From assembly GCA_045401155.1 (NCBI GenBank), contig CP174360.1:233403-297402 (forward strand): a DNA stretch of 64,000 bases, read 5' to 3'. Shown piece after piece: positions 38,050-48,398 of this stretch. Each line of letters starts with the position of its first letter. Position 1 is the stretch's first letter. This DNA comes from Candidatus Minusculum obligatum (GTDB taxonomy: Bacteria; Patescibacteriota; Minisyncoccia; Phycocordibacterales; Phycocordibacteraceae). Position numbers and translations under genes: made by a program. The notes beneath the pieces were generated by a model. The model was not told the origin of the DNA. It was given only the letters and a program-made list of their open reading frames with translations, and made no database searches.

Positions 38050-38309
38050 TTGAAGCAAGTGTAACGCCACGGTTTCTTAAAAGCTTTAAGAAACTACATC
38101 CTGACCTTAAGGATGAGGTTAGGATTGCGATAAAGGAGTTTTCAGACCCCAGTCTTCACGAGAAACGAAAGGTGCATAAGCTTAAGGGTCGTATGGAGGG
38201 GTACTATAGCTTTTCTGTTAATTACAAGTATCGAGTTGTTTTCTCTTGGGAAAAGAAGAATACTTCAGTGATTTTAAGAATGGTTGGCGATCATTCAATC
38301 TATAATTAG
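38046..38309 (+). CDS. Type II toxin, RelE/YafQ/YoeB family
   Basis: TPRFLKSFKKL, HKLKGRMEGYYSFSVNYKYRVVF, VGDHSIY. Confidence 0.85.
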   Translation: MIEASVTPRFLKSFKKLHPDLKDEVRIAIKEFSDPSLHEKRKVHKLKGRMEGYYSFSVNYKYRVVFSWEKKNTSVILRMVGDHSIYN

Positions 38310-38347
38310 TTGCCAAATAAGCTTTTTCCGGTATACTCCACCCACAT

Positions 38348-38602
38348 ATGAAGAAAGATATTCATCCAGAGAATCATCGACCAGTTATCTTTGAAGACAC
38401 CGAGGCAGGTGCCCGATTTTTGGTAATGTCTACAATCAAGACAGATGAGACTGATAAGTGGGAGGATGGTAATGAGTATCCAAAGGTTTCTATCGAGGTA
38501 AGTAGCGCATCTCACCCATTTTATACTGGAGAGGATCGTACAATCGACAAGGCTGGACGTGTAGAGCGATTTAAGGCTCGCGCAGCAAAAGCAAAGAAGT
38601 AA
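38348..38602 (+). CDS. rpmE2: 50S ribosomal protein L31 type B
   Basis: MKKDIHP...VIFED...[10 protein letters not shown]...GRVERF; no Cys. Confidence 0.95.
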   Translation: MKKDIHPENHRPVIFEDTEAGARFLVMSTIKTDETDKWEDGNEYPKVSIEVSSASHPFYTGEDRTIDKAGRVERFKARAAKAKK

Positions 38603-38645
38603 GTACAAGCGCCCACTCTTGGGCGTTTTACGTTATATTTTGTAT

Positions 38646-39578
38646 ATGGAATACGATCCAGCATTTAAAGAGAACATAAAGACGCAGTATCTTGCTGCGG
38701 AGTATGAGCGCCTTGAAGAGGAGAAGGCGAAGGTTATTGCTGATGGTGAGGGAGATGTGGATCTAAAAGAGCTTGCGGATGAAGAAGTAAGGACTATTAC
38801 CGAAGCGCAGGAGGGGATTTTAAATACTATTAAGGGAATCCTTGAGGAAGAAAAAGAGGAGCTAGCATCTCCCAAAAAGATTGTGATGGAGTTCCGTGCG
38901 GGAGCCGGGGGAGATGAAGCAAATATTTTTGCGCAGGACCTGCGTGATATGTATCTAAAATTTGCAGAGCATCGAGGGTACAAGAGTAAGTTTGTGGATG
39001 ATTATACGCTTGAGGTAGATGGAAAGGGTGCGTGGGAGGATCTTAAGTATGAGACAGGCGTGCATCGTGTACAGCGTGTTCCTGAGACGGAGAAGTCAGG
39101 GCGTATTCATACCTCTACCGCATCTGTTGCTGTGCTTCCTCTTCGAGAGAAATCTACGATTGAGATTAATCCATCTGATATTGAGATGGAATTCTCACGT
39201 GCGGGGGGTGCAGGAGGACAGAACGTGAACAAGGTGGAGACCGCAGTGCGATTGGTGCATACGCCAACCGGTATTGATGTGCGAAGCTCAAGCGAGAGAA
39301 GCCAGCTTGCAAACCGTGAGAAGGCCATGGCTATTTTGACCGCTAAGCTTGAGCAGCTACATGAGGAGCAAGAGGCGAAAAAGCACGCAGAAGAGCGGAA
39401 AAATCAGATTGGAACAGGTGATCGTTCAGAAAAAATCAGGACGTATAATGTGCTTCAGGACCGTATTACAGACCACCGGATTAAGGAGAGTTGGCATAAT
39501 CTTCCAAAGATTATGGGAGGTAATTTAGATGATATTATTGATACCCTAAAAGAAAGAGAATCTGCTATTGCCGAATAA
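38646..39578 (+). CDS. prfA: Peptide chain release factor 1 (shortened N-domain)
   Basis: [25 protein letters not shown] (PxT motif), [18 protein letters not shown]. Confidence 0.93.
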   Translation: MEYDPAFKENIKTQYLAAEYERLEEEKAKVIADGEGDVDLKELADEEVRTITEAQEGILNTIKGILEEEKEELASPKKIVMEFRAGAGGDEANIFAQDLRDMYLKFAEHRGYKSKFVDDYTLEVDGKGAWEDLKYETGVHRVQRVPETEKSGRIHTSTASVAVLPLREKSTIEINPSDIEMEFSRAGGAGGQNVNKVETAVRLVHTPTGIDVRSSSERSQLANREKAMAILTAKLEQLHEEQEAKKHAEERKNQIGTGDRSEKIRTYNVLQDRITDHRIKESWHNLPKIMGGNLDDIIDTLKERESAIAE

Positions 39579-39607
39579 GGTTTTATTTGGTAGTGTAGCC
39601 CCCGTAT

Positions 39608-40312
39608 ATGGCAACAGAGAACACACAGGTAAATGTTGACGCGCTCGTAGCAACTGGAGCGCATTTTGCGCATGTTAAGAGTCGTCGGCATCCTTCAATG
39701 AAGAAGTTTATTCTTGGAAACAAGAACAAGGTAGATCTTATTGACCTTTCAAAGAGCGTTGAGCTTCTTGGGGAGGCGGCTAAGACTATTGAGCGATACG
39801 GAGCAGAAGGAAAGACTGTGTTGTTTGTTGCAGGTAAGCGAGAGGCAATTAAACCAACACGTGCGATTGCTGAGTCTCTATCAATGCCACACGTAACAGG
39901 ACGATGGCTTGGAGGTACGCTTACAAACTTCTCTGAAATCAAGAAGCGACTTGCGCGACTTGAGGAGCTTAAGAAAATGCGAGAGTCAGCCGATTTCTCA
40001 AAGAAGTACACAAAGCTTGAGCGACTGATGCTCTCTCGAGAGGAGAATCGTCTGGAGACACGTCTTGGAGGTCTTTCAGGACTTAGCAAGCTTCCAGATC
40101 TTATGGTTGTAGTTGATACAAAGGCAGAGGCTATTGCGATTGCTGAGGCAAAGGGACGAGGCGTTCCTGTGATCGGTATCATGAGTTCAGACTGTGATAC
40201 TGCTGATGCGACATACCCAATCGTGGTAAACGATGCATCAGTGAAGACTATTGAGCTTGTGCTATCTGCACTTGCAGGAGCGTACAAGAAGGGGCGAGAC
40301 GGTACTGCCTAG
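39608..40312 (+). CDS. rpsB: 30S ribosomal protein S2
   Basis: GAHFAH, RWLGGTLTNF, LPDLMVVVD. Confidence 0.95.
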   Translation: MATENTQVNVDALVATGAHFAHVKSRRHPSMKKFILGNKNKVDLIDLSKSVELLGEAAKTIERYGAEGKTVLFVAGKREAIKPTRAIAESLSMPHVTGRWLGGTLTNFSEIKKRLARLEELKKMRESADFSKKYTKLERLMLSREENRLETRLGGLSGLSKLPDLMVVVDTKAEAIAIAEAKGRGVPVIGIMSSDCDTADATYPIVVNDASVKTIELVLSALAGAYKKGRDGTA

Positions 40313-40388
40313 TACCTCTAGGGCATACCTAGTTTACTAGTTATGCCCTAGGTGTAGTAGGTTTTATTTTTGTAAATAGAAAAACATC

Positions 40389-40973
40389 ATGAGTATTTCA
40401 ACAGACGACGTAAAAGCACTTCGAGAAAAGACTGGAGTTTCTATCATGCAGTGTAAGAAAGCACTTGAGGATGCAGATGGAGACATGGAGCAGGCTATCG
40501 TACTTCTAAAGAAGCGTGCAGGAGCAATTGCGGAGAAGAAGTCAGATCGAGATCTTGGTGCGGGTTCTGTTGCTTCATACATTCATGGTGGAGAAGTTGG
40601 AGCACTTGTGGTTCTTTCTTGCGAGACAGACTTCGTAGGAAAGAATGAAGAGTTTGTAGCACTTGCACGTGAGATTGCGATGCAAGTTGCTGCTACAGAT
40701 CCTAAGTTCATCTCTGAGGCAGATATCACTCCTGAGGCTCGTGAAGCAGCTCACAAGGTGTTTGTAGAGGAGGTAAAAGATAAGCCTGCTGATATGCAGG
40801 AGAAGATCCTAGAAGGGAAGATGCAGTCATACTTTAAGGACATGGTGCTTCTATCCCAGCCATTTATTAAGAATGGTGATAAGACTATTGCAGATCTTCT
40901 TTCAGAGGGTACACAGAAGTTTGGGGAGCGAATTGAGGTAACACGTATTGCACGCTTTTCAGTACGGGGTTAG
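40389..40973 (+). CDS. tsf: Elongation factor Ts (short form)
   Basis: VKALREKTGVSIMQCKKAL, CETDFV. Confidence 0.95.
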   Translation: MSISTDDVKALREKTGVSIMQCKKALEDADGDMEQAIVLLKKRAGAIAEKKSDRDLGAGSVASYIHGGEVGALVVLSCETDFVGKNEEFVALAREIAMQVAATDPKFISEADITPEAREAAHKVFVEEVKDKPADMQEKILEGKMQSYFKDMVLLSQPFIKNGDKTIADLLSEGTQKFGERIEVTRIARFSVRG

Positions 40974-40985
40974 CATACTCTGTAC

Positions 40986-41351
40986 ATGGTAGCCATGTAT
41001 TTCTTTCTTATTTTCTTTATTCTTCTATCCCTGTTTATGGGGGTGGTGTGGTTTGAGCGAAAGCGAAACAAAAAATTCTTTGAAGAAGTTCGTGCAAAGT
41101 TTGACGTATTTGTACAAGATCAGCAGGATGCACTATCCTCACTTGATATTATTCAAGCTCTCGAGTACATTATGCGGTATCTGGCACACCAGGTATCTCA
41201 TGTGACTGTTGCGCTGCTTCACTTTGCAGCACGTCGTAGCGAACGCATGTTGCGCAAGGCGCGCAAACGTCTCGCAGATGCAAAGCCGGTAGAAGAGCCT
41301 TCACACTTTGTAAAAAGCATGAAGGAGATCAAGGAGATTTCTCCTGAATAA
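40986..41351 (+). CDS. Hypothetical protein with N-terminal TM
   Basis: ORF fills the gap between tsf and the tRNA; hydrophobic N-terminus. Confidence 0.65.
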   Translation: MVAMYFFLIFFILLSLFMGVVWFERKRNKKFFEEVRAKFDVFVQDQQDALSSLDIIQALEYIMRYLAHQVSHVTVALLHFAARRSERMLRKARKRLADAKPVEEPSHFVKSMKEIKEISPE

Positions 41352-41353
41352 CT

Positions 41354-41427
41354 GCCACCTTAGCTCAGTTGGCTAGAGCGGCGCTCTTGTAAAGCGCAGG
41401 TCCTCGGTTCGATCCCGAGAGGTGGCT
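41354..41427 (+). tRNA. tRNA-Thr(UGU)
   Basis: Acceptor stem GCCACCT/AGGTGGC, D-arm GCTCAGTTGGCTAGAGC, anticodon arm GCGCT-CTTGTAA-AGCGC, T-loop GGTTCGATCC; CCA not encoded. Confidence 0.95.
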
Positions 41428-41437
41428 CAGAGTTTAG

Positions 41438-41461
41438 AAAAACGCCCGAGAGGGCGTTTTT
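41438..41461. terminator. Bidirectional terminator (identical copy at 48353)
   Basis: AAAAACGCCC-GAGA-GGGCGTTTTT. Confidence 0.85.
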
Positions 41462-41462
41462 C

Positions 41463-42125
41463 TTATTGTTCTGTACTTGTTGCAGTGAGTATCTCTGGGA
41501 GACGCTCTGTAAGCTCATCAAGGGTAGAGAATCCATTTGTCTTCTCTCCATCGATGATAAATACAGGAAGCTCTTCTTTTTGGATGTTATGGATTGCCGT
41601 TAGTGTTCTAAGTGCTGGCAGATCTAGATCATAATCAAATGAATATACGCGTAGCGCAGGAATGTCTTTTCGGAGCTTCGTGAGTGCATATCCTGCACGT
41701 GTACAGTCCTCACAGTCATTAGCGTAGAAATATAGTACGGGTGTGATTCCAGTATCGCATGTCTCAGATACTCGAGAGAGTAGAAGGTTGTCTTTGATTT
41801 GTAGAAGTGAGTACTGCTCCTTTAGTTGTAGCACCTCTTCATTATCTGCTCCTAGACGGATCTCTGTTGTCTGTAGGCGGTCTCCAAGGCTTCCAAGCTC
41901 ACGAGAGAGTAGCGGAGAGTCTTTTAGGGTCTCACACGACACTTGAGAAAGTAGATCAAACTGTGTCTCAAGTGAGAGAATGTCAATTGCAATACGATCT
42001 TGGATTCCTTGTAGTTGAGAGATGCGAATACCAGAGATTCGATCTCCTACAAAAAATGCGGTTACAAAAATAATTACAGTGATTACAAGTGCAATCACGT
42101 ATGTCTTTGGATTTGTGGTGTTCAT
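41463..42125 (-). CDS. Membrane-anchored hypothetical protein with C-terminal thioredoxin-like CxxC
   Basis: N-terminal TM, coiled region, LYFYANDCEDC...ELPVFII. Confidence 0.65.
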   Translation of the reverse strand: MNTTNPKTYVIALVITVIIFVTAFFVGDRISGIRISQLQGIQDRIAIDILSLETQFDLLSQVSCETLKDSPLLSRELGSLGDRLQTTEIRLGADNEEVLQLKEQYSLLQIKDNLLLSRVSETCDTGITPVLYFYANDCEDCTRAGYALTKLRKDIPALRVYSFDYDLDLPALRTLTAIHNIQKEELPVFIIDGEKTNGFSTLDELTERLPEILTATSTEQ

Positions 42126-42126
42126 A

Positions 42127-43359
42127 TTAGCGCCAACTATTCTTTCTAATGACTATAGCGTCAAATACTGCCTTAGAGAGCCATAGTGGACCGAAGATAC
42201 CATAGAGGAAGATATAAAGCACGATACCTCTATCAAGACGTACTTTCTCGCCTCCAATATACTTTCCAGCAAGCACAAGGACTGCAGTAAGGACAAATAG
42301 GGCAAAGGTTACGTATACGATGGTGCTTGGGGTAAATGTGTACCAATCAATTGAAAGTGGGTTGAAATAAAATGCTGAAAATCCAATGGTTTGGAACTCT
42401 ACTGCTTTTGTTACTGCAGCGTGTGCGGTACTTGAAAGTAGGCGAATTGGCATGTACGCAGCAGCAAAGATAGATACAAGCGTAAGGGGAAGAATGAAGA
42501 ATCCAAGGTAGATATTTTTTGGGTTAAAGAAGAGGTGCTTGTATGGAAGTGTATTTCGGAGGAATCCGTATGCCCATCGTACGCGTTGTTTAAATAACGG
42601 GTGGAATGTCTTTGGTGCGCGTGTGTACACAACTGCTCGCGGTGCGTTTTCAATTACTTTTCCAGCTTCCTGAAGACGCAGTCCCATCTCAAGATCTTCT
42701 GTGTTGTGTGCAGATCGGAATTTCCCGATAGTTTCAAACACCTCTTTTCTATATAGAGAGAATGGTCCTGGAGTAATAAACTGAGCGTTTGCATCAGCAA
42801 AGATGCGACGGAAGAGAATTCCAACCTCATACTCTGCTTTTTGCATGTAGCGGAAGAAGCTGTCTGGCTTTTCAATCTTGATAGCCGGTGTTACCGCCAT
42901 TGCCTCTGTGTTTTCAAACACTTTAAGAATTTCAACAAGCGCCATAGAGTCTACAAATGAATCAGCATCAAGACATCCGATGATATCTGCATTTGATCGC
43001 TCGATCGCGTAGTTTAGGGCGGTGTGCTTTCCGCCATTTTCCTTATGAGAAACAATCACTTGCGGGTGATTTTGAAATTCTTTAAGTGCCTCTCTCGTTC
43101 CATCCGTGCTCCCGTCATTTACGACGTGTACACGTAGTTTTTTCTTTGGATACTCTAGAGAGAGGATAGACCTTATGGTTGCTGCTACCGTATGTTGCTC
43201 GTTGTAGCAAGGCACAACAATTTCAACCTTCGGGTGATAGGCAAGGCCTTTTGTTGTTTCTTTTGCGCTTTTTCGTAGTCGCTCTACAAATCCAATCAAA
43301 AGAAGGACCTCAAAGTAGAGAATAAAGAAAAAGAATGCCCATGTGAGCGCGCTTATCAT
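42127..43359 (-). CDS. Processive membrane GT2 (PgaC/IcaA/cellulose synthase-like)
   Basis: VPCYNE, VNDGSTD, LDADS, TEDLEM, QRVRW motif; multiple TMs. Confidence 0.88.
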   Translation of the reverse strand: MISALTWAFFFFILYFEVLLLIGFVERLRKSAKETTKGLAYHPKVEIVVPCYNEQHTVAATIRSILSLEYPKKKLRVHVVNDGSTDGTREALKEFQNHPQVIVSHKENGGKHTALNYAIERSNADIIGCLDADSFVDSMALVEILKVFENTEAMAVTPAIKIEKPDSFFRYMQKAEYEVGILFRRIFADANAQFITPGPFSLYRKEVFETIGKFRSAHNTEDLEMGLRLQEAGKVIENAPRAVVYTRAPKTFHPLFKQRVRWAYGFLRNTLPYKHLFFNPKNIYLGFFILPLTLVSIFAAAYMPIRLLSSTAHAAVTKAVEFQTIGFSAFYFNPLSIDWYTFTPSTIVYVTFALFVLTAVLVLAGKYIGGEKVRLDRGIVLYIFLYGIFGPLWLSKAVFDAIVIRKNSWR

Positions 43360-43425
43360 TAGACGGATACTAGCACGATTTTAAGCGTTTTTATATTGAC
43401 AGATATGCGCTATACTGCGCCTTAT

Positions 43426-44118
43426 ATGAAGGGGAGTAGACACCCAATTAACCACGCGATTCGTGAGTTTTACGACATTTTCTCTGAGATGGGCTTTGAT
43501 ATAGATATGGGGCCTGAGATTGAGACTGAGCATTACAACTTTGATGCACTCAATGTGCCCAAGGACCATCCAGCTCGGGATATGCAAGATACGTTTTATC
43601 TTGAGGATGGACGCGTGCTTCGCACACACACCTCTCCAGTACAGATCCATCACATGGAGAACAATAAACCTCCTATTCGCACTATTGTTGCAGGACGTGT
43701 ATATCGAAATGAGGCAACAGATGCGACACATGAGGCGCAGTTCCATCAGATTGAAGGTCTGGTAATAGATAAGGGTATTACGCTTGCGCATCTTAAGACC
43801 ACTTTGATGAAAGGTCTTTCAAAGTATTTTGGAAAGGAAACACAGCTTCGCTTTCGTCCGGGGTACTTTCCATTTGTGGAGCCAGGTGTAGAGGTAGACG
43901 TACTTTGGGAGATGAGTAATGGAGACAAGCGGTGGCTTGAAGTGTTGGGAGCTGGGATGGTGCATCCGAATGTGCTTAAGGGCGCAGGTATTGATCCAGA
44001 GGAGTATTCAGGATTTGCATTTGGTACAGGGCTTGAGCGTTTGTCTATGTTTAAGCACGGTATTGAGGATACACGGCGCTTTAGTAGTCCAGATCTTCGA
44101 ACGATAAATCAATTTTGA
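43426..44118 (+). CDS. pheS: Phenylalanine-tRNA ligase alpha subunit (catalytic domain only)
   Basis: [51 protein letters not shown]. Confidence 0.95.
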   Translation: MKGSRHPINHAIREFYDIFSEMGFDIDMGPEIETEHYNFDALNVPKDHPARDMQDTFYLEDGRVLRTHTSPVQIHHMENNKPPIRTIVAGRVYRNEATDATHEAQFHQIEGLVIDKGITLAHLKTTLMKGLSKYFGKETQLRFRPGYFPFVEPGVEVDVLWEMSNGDKRWLEVLGAGMVHPNVLKGAGIDPEEYSGFAFGTGLERLSMFKHGIEDTRRFSSPDLRTINQF

Positions 44119-44119
44119 T

Positions 44120-45982
44120 ATGATTGTAAGTTACAAATGGCTGCAAGAGTTTTTTGATGAGCCGCTTCCAAGTGCTAAGGAGGTTGCTGATTTACTATCG
44201 GTACATTCTTTTGAGATTGAAGGAGTAGAAGAGAAGGGGGATGATGTGCTTATTGATGTGGATGTGCTCCCAAACCGTGCGCATGATTGTCTCTCACATC
44301 GCGGTATTGCTAAAGAGGTTGGTGCGATCTTAGGGAGAGATTTATATAAGGATCCACTACGAGATGATTTTCTAGAGCTTCCAGAGGGTGGAATTGTTTC
44401 TTCAGTTGAAGAAGGGTTAGACGATGTGTCTACTGTTTCAATTCTGGTTAAGAATATTTCTATAAAAGAATCTCCAGACTGGCTTAAGGAGCGGCTTATA
44501 GTATTAGGGCAGCGCTCAATAAATAACATTGTAGACATTACAAACTACGTGATGCTTCTTACGGGACAGCCACTTCATGCATTTGATGCAAAAGCATTTG
44601 CTGATGGCGTGCTTAAGATAAAAAGAGCAGAGGAAGGTGAGAAGCTTACGCTTCTTGGAGATATTCCTGTAGAACTTACAAAAGAGGATGTGGTGGTCTC
44701 AGATGGAAAGAAGGCACTTGATGTTGCAGGTATTCGTGGGGGAGAAGATGCGGAGATTACAGAGTCTACAACTGACATTGTTATTTCAGCATCTCACTTC
44801 AATCCGACAATGGTTCGAAAGACTGCGCAGCGTCTAAAGCTCTGGACCGATGCGGCAAAGCGTTTCCAAAATGAACCATCTCCATATCTAGCTGAGCATG
44901 GTGCTCGCGAGTGTCTTGAAATGGTTCTTGATCTTGCAGGAGGAGAGGTTGTTGGTATTTCTCGAGCTGGTGCAAAGCTTCCTGAAGGGAAAAGTGTAGA
45001 GGTTTCAATGGATAAGATTAATGGCCTTCTAGGACTTCAGCTTTCCCTTGAAGAGGTGGGAGATATTCTAAAGCGTCTAGGGTGTCCATACTCTGGTACA
45101 GATGTGCTCACAGTCTCTATCCCTTTTGAGCGTTTAGATTTAAATATTGCAGAGGACATTATCGAAGAGGTGGGGAGAATTTATGGGTATGACAAATTAC
45201 CAGAGATGGATTTGCCTCCACGGGAGACGTCATATGTTGCTAAAGATTTTGTAGTTTCCGAGCATATTCGAGATCTATTGTTGTCTGCTGGGTACTCAGA
45301 AGTGTTTACATACGCACTTGTTGAGAAGGGTGAGGTGAAGCTACAAAATGCGCTAAATACAGAGAAGAGTTACATGCGTACAAATCTTGCCGAGGGGCTT
45401 GAGACTGCGTTGGTATTAAATAAAAATAACGCGCCACTTCTTGGGAAAGATCATATTGATATTTTTGAGATTGGAAATATCTTTTCTAAAGATGGGGAGT
45501 ATACGCACCTTGGTATTGCTACAACTCGCAAGAAGAAGGAGCAGGTGTTTGAGGAATTGGTACAGAAGTTGGAAGAGGCGCTTGGCACATCTCTTGAAGG
45601 AAAGGTTAATGGAAATGTGTATGAAGTTAATCTGGGTTCTGTAATTGAAAAAATGGAAGCGAAAGACCTTCCAGCGTATGAGGCATCTTCTGTAAAGTTT
45701 AAGATTCCATCTCCATATCCATTTGCGCTTCGAGATGTTGCGGTGTGGGTGCCAGAGAGTTTTAAAGAAGAAGAGCTTCGTTCTCTAATTGAAAAAGAGG
45801 CGGGGGAGCTTTTGTATAGAATGGATCTCTTTGATGATTTTAATAAAGAAGGACGTACGTCATACGCATACCACTTGGTGTTCCAATCTCCTACAGAGAC
45901 GTTAAACGATGATGAAATCAATACAATTATGGAGCGTGTATATGCTGTTTTATCTCAACAGGAAGGGTTTGAGGTCAGGTAG
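44120..45982 (+). CDS. pheT: Phenylalanine-tRNA ligase beta subunit (short; lacks the B2 OB fold)
   Basis: MIVSYKWLQEF, PNRAHDCLSHRGIA, NNIVDITNYV, DIIEEVGRIYGY, FDX-ACB C-terminus. Confidence 0.93.
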   Translation: MIVSYKWLQEFFDEPLPSAKEVADLLSVHSFEIEGVEEKGDDVLIDVDVLPNRAHDCLSHRGIAKEVGAILGRDLYKDPLRDDFLELPEGGIVSSVEEGLDDVSTVSILVKNISIKESPDWLKERLIVLGQRSINNIVDITNYVMLLTGQPLHAFDAKAFADGVLKIKRAEEGEKLTLLGDIPVELTKEDVVVSDGKKALDVAGIRGGEDAEITESTTDIVISASHFNPTMVRKTAQRLKLWTDAAKRFQNEPSPYLAEHGARECLEMVLDLAGGEVVGISRAGAKLPEGKSVEVSMDKINGLLGLQLSLEEVGDILKRLGCPYSGTDVLTVSIPFERLDLNIAEDIIEEVGRIYGYDKLPEMDLPPRETSYVAKDFVVSEHIRDLLLSAGYSEVFTYALVEKGEVKLQNALNTEKSYMRTNLAEGLETALVLNKNNAPLLGKDHIDIFEIGNIFSKDGEYTHLGIATTRKKKEQVFEELVQKLEEALGTSLEGKVNGNVYEVNLGSVIEKMEAKDLPAYEASSVKFKIPSPYPFALRDVAVWVPESFKEEELRSLIEKEAGELLYRMDLFDDFNKEGRTSYAYHLVFQSPTETLNDDEINTIMERVYAVLSQQEGFEVR

Positions 45983-46028
45983 TTTATAGTGGGGATATAT
46001 GGTAAAATATCCCTAATTAAAAGGATAT

Positions 46029-48053
46029 ATGGCAAAAGGAACGCAAGGCGGTAAAGGTAGCTACGGCGCAAAAGACATTACAGTTCTCGAAGGTCTTGAG
46101 CCGGTACGTAAGCGACCAGGTATGTACATTGGTACTACTGGTCCTGATGGTCTTCATCATTTGATTTGGGAGGTTTTTGACAACTCTCGAGATGAGGCAA
46201 TGGCCGGAGAGGCTGATGATATTGAGGTTGCACTTTTGCCTGATCATACGATTCGTGTAGTTGATAACGGACGAGGTATTCCCGTTGATAAACATCCAAA
46301 GACAAAAGTTTCAGCACTTGAAACTATTATGACGACACTCCATGCAGGAGGTAAGTTTGGTGGTGAGGGATACAAGGTGTCAGGAGGACTCCATGGAGTG
46401 GGAGTATCTGTAGTGAACGCTCTTTCAACTATGGTGCGTGCAGAGGTGCACAAAGAGGGGGATGTGTACATGCAGGAGTATGCGATTGGAATTGCACAGG
46501 CGCCAGTTAAAAAGGTTGGAAAGAGTGACCGGCGTGGAACTGTAATTACATTCCGTGCAGATGATTCTATTTTTGAAACAGTTGAATACAACTGGGATAA
46601 GATCGTGTCTCACTTGCGACAGCAGGCATATCTTGTAAAAGGTACGCGCATTTCAGTACTTGATGCACGTGAGAAAGATTTAGATCTTAAGAATGTATTT
46701 TATATTCGAGATTTAGGTGAAGAGATGCCATCTCAGAGTTTTTACTTTGAGGAGGGGCTTCGGTCTCTTATTGGATTTAAGAATCAGTACCAGACACCCG
46801 TACACAAAAACATTTTCTATATAGATCGTCAGATTGAAGATGTGCAGGTTGAGGTTGCGCTTCAGTATGTAGATGATATTTCTTCACGACTTACTGCATT
46901 TGCGAACAATACATACAACCCAGAAGGGGGTACGCACGTAACTGGATTTAAGACTGCGCTTACGCGTACGCTCAATAACTACGCGAAAAAGAATAATCTT
47001 GGCGCAAAAGATGAGGCGTTTACGGGAGATGATGTGCTTGAGGGAATTACCGCCGTGGTCTCAGTAAAGCTTCCAGAGATTCAGTTTGAGGGGCAGACAA
47101 AGGCAAAGCTTGGATCTGTTGAAGCTCGTGGAGCAACTGACACGGTATTTGCAGAAGCATTCTCATATTTCCTTGAAGAGCATCCAGAGGATGCAAAGCA
47201 GATCATTTCTAAAATCACGCTTGCACTTAAGGCACGAAAGGCTGCCAAGGCTGCCAAAGAGTCAGTGCTTCGAAAGGGTGCGCTTGAAGGAATGACGCTT
47301 CCTGGAAAGCTCGCTGATTGTTCTTCACGAACTGCAGAAGATTCAGAGATCTTCATTGTAGAGGGAGACTCAGCGGGAGGTTCTTCAAAGCAGGCTCGAG
47401 ATCGAAAGACGCAAGCCATCTTGCCGCTTCGAGGAAAGATTCTAAATGTAGAGCGGGCTCGTATTGATCGTATGCTTGCATCAGCTGAGATTAAGGCGCT
47501 TGTGATTGCGATGGGTACTGCAATTGGAGATGTATTTGATATTTCAAAGCTTCGCTACCATAAGATTATTATCGCAACAGATGCCGACGTTGATGGAGCG
47601 CACATTAGAACACTGCTTTTGACTCTATTTTATCGATACTTCAAGCCAGTTATCGAGGGAGGGTATCTATATATTGCACAGCCACCGCTGTATAAGATTC
47701 AGCAAGGAAAGAAGATTGATTACGTATATACAGAAGATGAGAAGGCAAAGCTTCTTGGAGAAGGTGATGTAGATCTTGTTGAGGCAAATGATGATGAAGA
47801 TGCAGAAGATGAAGAAGTGCAGAAGAAAAATTCCACAAAGGCTCGCATCCAGCGATACAAGGGACTTGGAGAGATGAACCCAAGTGAGCTTTGGGAGACA
47901 ACTATGGACCCAGAGAATCGTGTGTTAAAGCAGGTAACTATTAAGGATGCACAGGAAGCAGACAAGGTATTTGATATTCTTATGGGTACAGATGTGCCTT
48001 CTCGAAAGAACTTTATTCAGACAAATGCCAAGATGGCGAATCTAGACGTGTAG
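46029..48053 (+). CDS. gyrB: DNA gyrase subunit B
   Basis: EPVRKRPGMYIG, VSGGLHGVG, VEGDSAGG, PLRGKILNV, TDADVDG, QRYKGLGEM. Confidence 0.96.
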   Translation: MAKGTQGGKGSYGAKDITVLEGLEPVRKRPGMYIGTTGPDGLHHLIWEVFDNSRDEAMAGEADDIEVALLPDHTIRVVDNGRGIPVDKHPKTKVSALETIMTTLHAGGKFGGEGYKVSGGLHGVGVSVVNALSTMVRAEVHKEGDVYMQEYAIGIAQAPVKKVGKSDRRGTVITFRADDSIFETVEYNWDKIVSHLRQQAYLVKGTRISVLDAREKDLDLKNVFYIRDLGEEMPSQSFYFEEGLRSLIGFKNQYQTPVHKNIFYIDRQIEDVQVEVALQYVDDISSRLTAFANNTYNPEGGTHVTGFKTALTRTLNNYAKKNNLGAKDEAFTGDDVLEGITAVVSVKLPEIQFEGQTKAKLGSVEARGATDTVFAEAFSYFLEEHPEDAKQIISKITLALKARKAAKAAKESVLRKGALEGMTLPGKLADCSSRTAEDSEIFIVEGDSAGGSSKQARDRKTQAILPLRGKILNVERARIDRMLASAEIKALVIAMGTAIGDVFDISKLRYHKIIIATDADVDGAHIRTLLLTLFYRYFKPVIEGGYLYIAQPPLYKIQQGKKIDYVYTEDEKAKLLGEGDVDLVEANDDEDAEDEEVQKKNSTKARIQRYKGLGEMNPSELWETTMDPENRVLKQVTIKDAQEADKVFDILMGTDVPSRKNFIQTNAKMANLDV

Positions 48054-48054
48054 C

Positions 48055-48351
48055 ATGAAAGCGGTCTTTAATGGACATATTCTTGCAGATAGTACACATA
48101 CAATAGTGATTGAGCTAAATCATCACTTTCCTCCGGATACAGTTAATTTTGAGTATTTGAAAGAGAATGGAAATACTTCAGAGTGTCCATGGAAGGGTGT
48201 TGCTGAGTATTTTGATGTGGATGTAAAGGGGCATGTAATTAAAGATGGTGCGTGGCATTATCCGAATCCTAAAAAGGGTTCAGCACAGAGAGTGGGAGAT
48301 GACTTTACTGGCTATGTTGGTTTTGCTGAAGCAGTAGATATAGTTCCGTAA
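48055..48351 (+). CDS. DUF427 family protein
   Basis: HHFPP, CPWKGVAEYF, AWHYPNP. Confidence 0.85.
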   Translation: MKAVFNGHILADSTHTIVIELNHHFPPDTVNFEYLKENGNTSECPWKGVAEYFDVDVKGHVIKDGAWHYPNPKKGSAQRVGDDFTGYVGFAEAVDIVP

Positions 48352-48352
48352 C

Positions 48353-48378
48353 AAAAAACGCCCGAGAGGGCGTTTTTT
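48353..48378. terminator. Bidirectional terminator
   Basis: AAAAAACGCCC-GAGA-GGGCGTTTTTT. Confidence 0.85.
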
Positions 48379-48398
48379 GATTAAGAGTTTTGTGAGTG

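Noticed and set aside
39583-40287. Long antisense ORFs (this one and others such as 25376-25972 and 53401-53952)
   Set aside because: Shadow frames of well-supported genes with no recognisable motifs.
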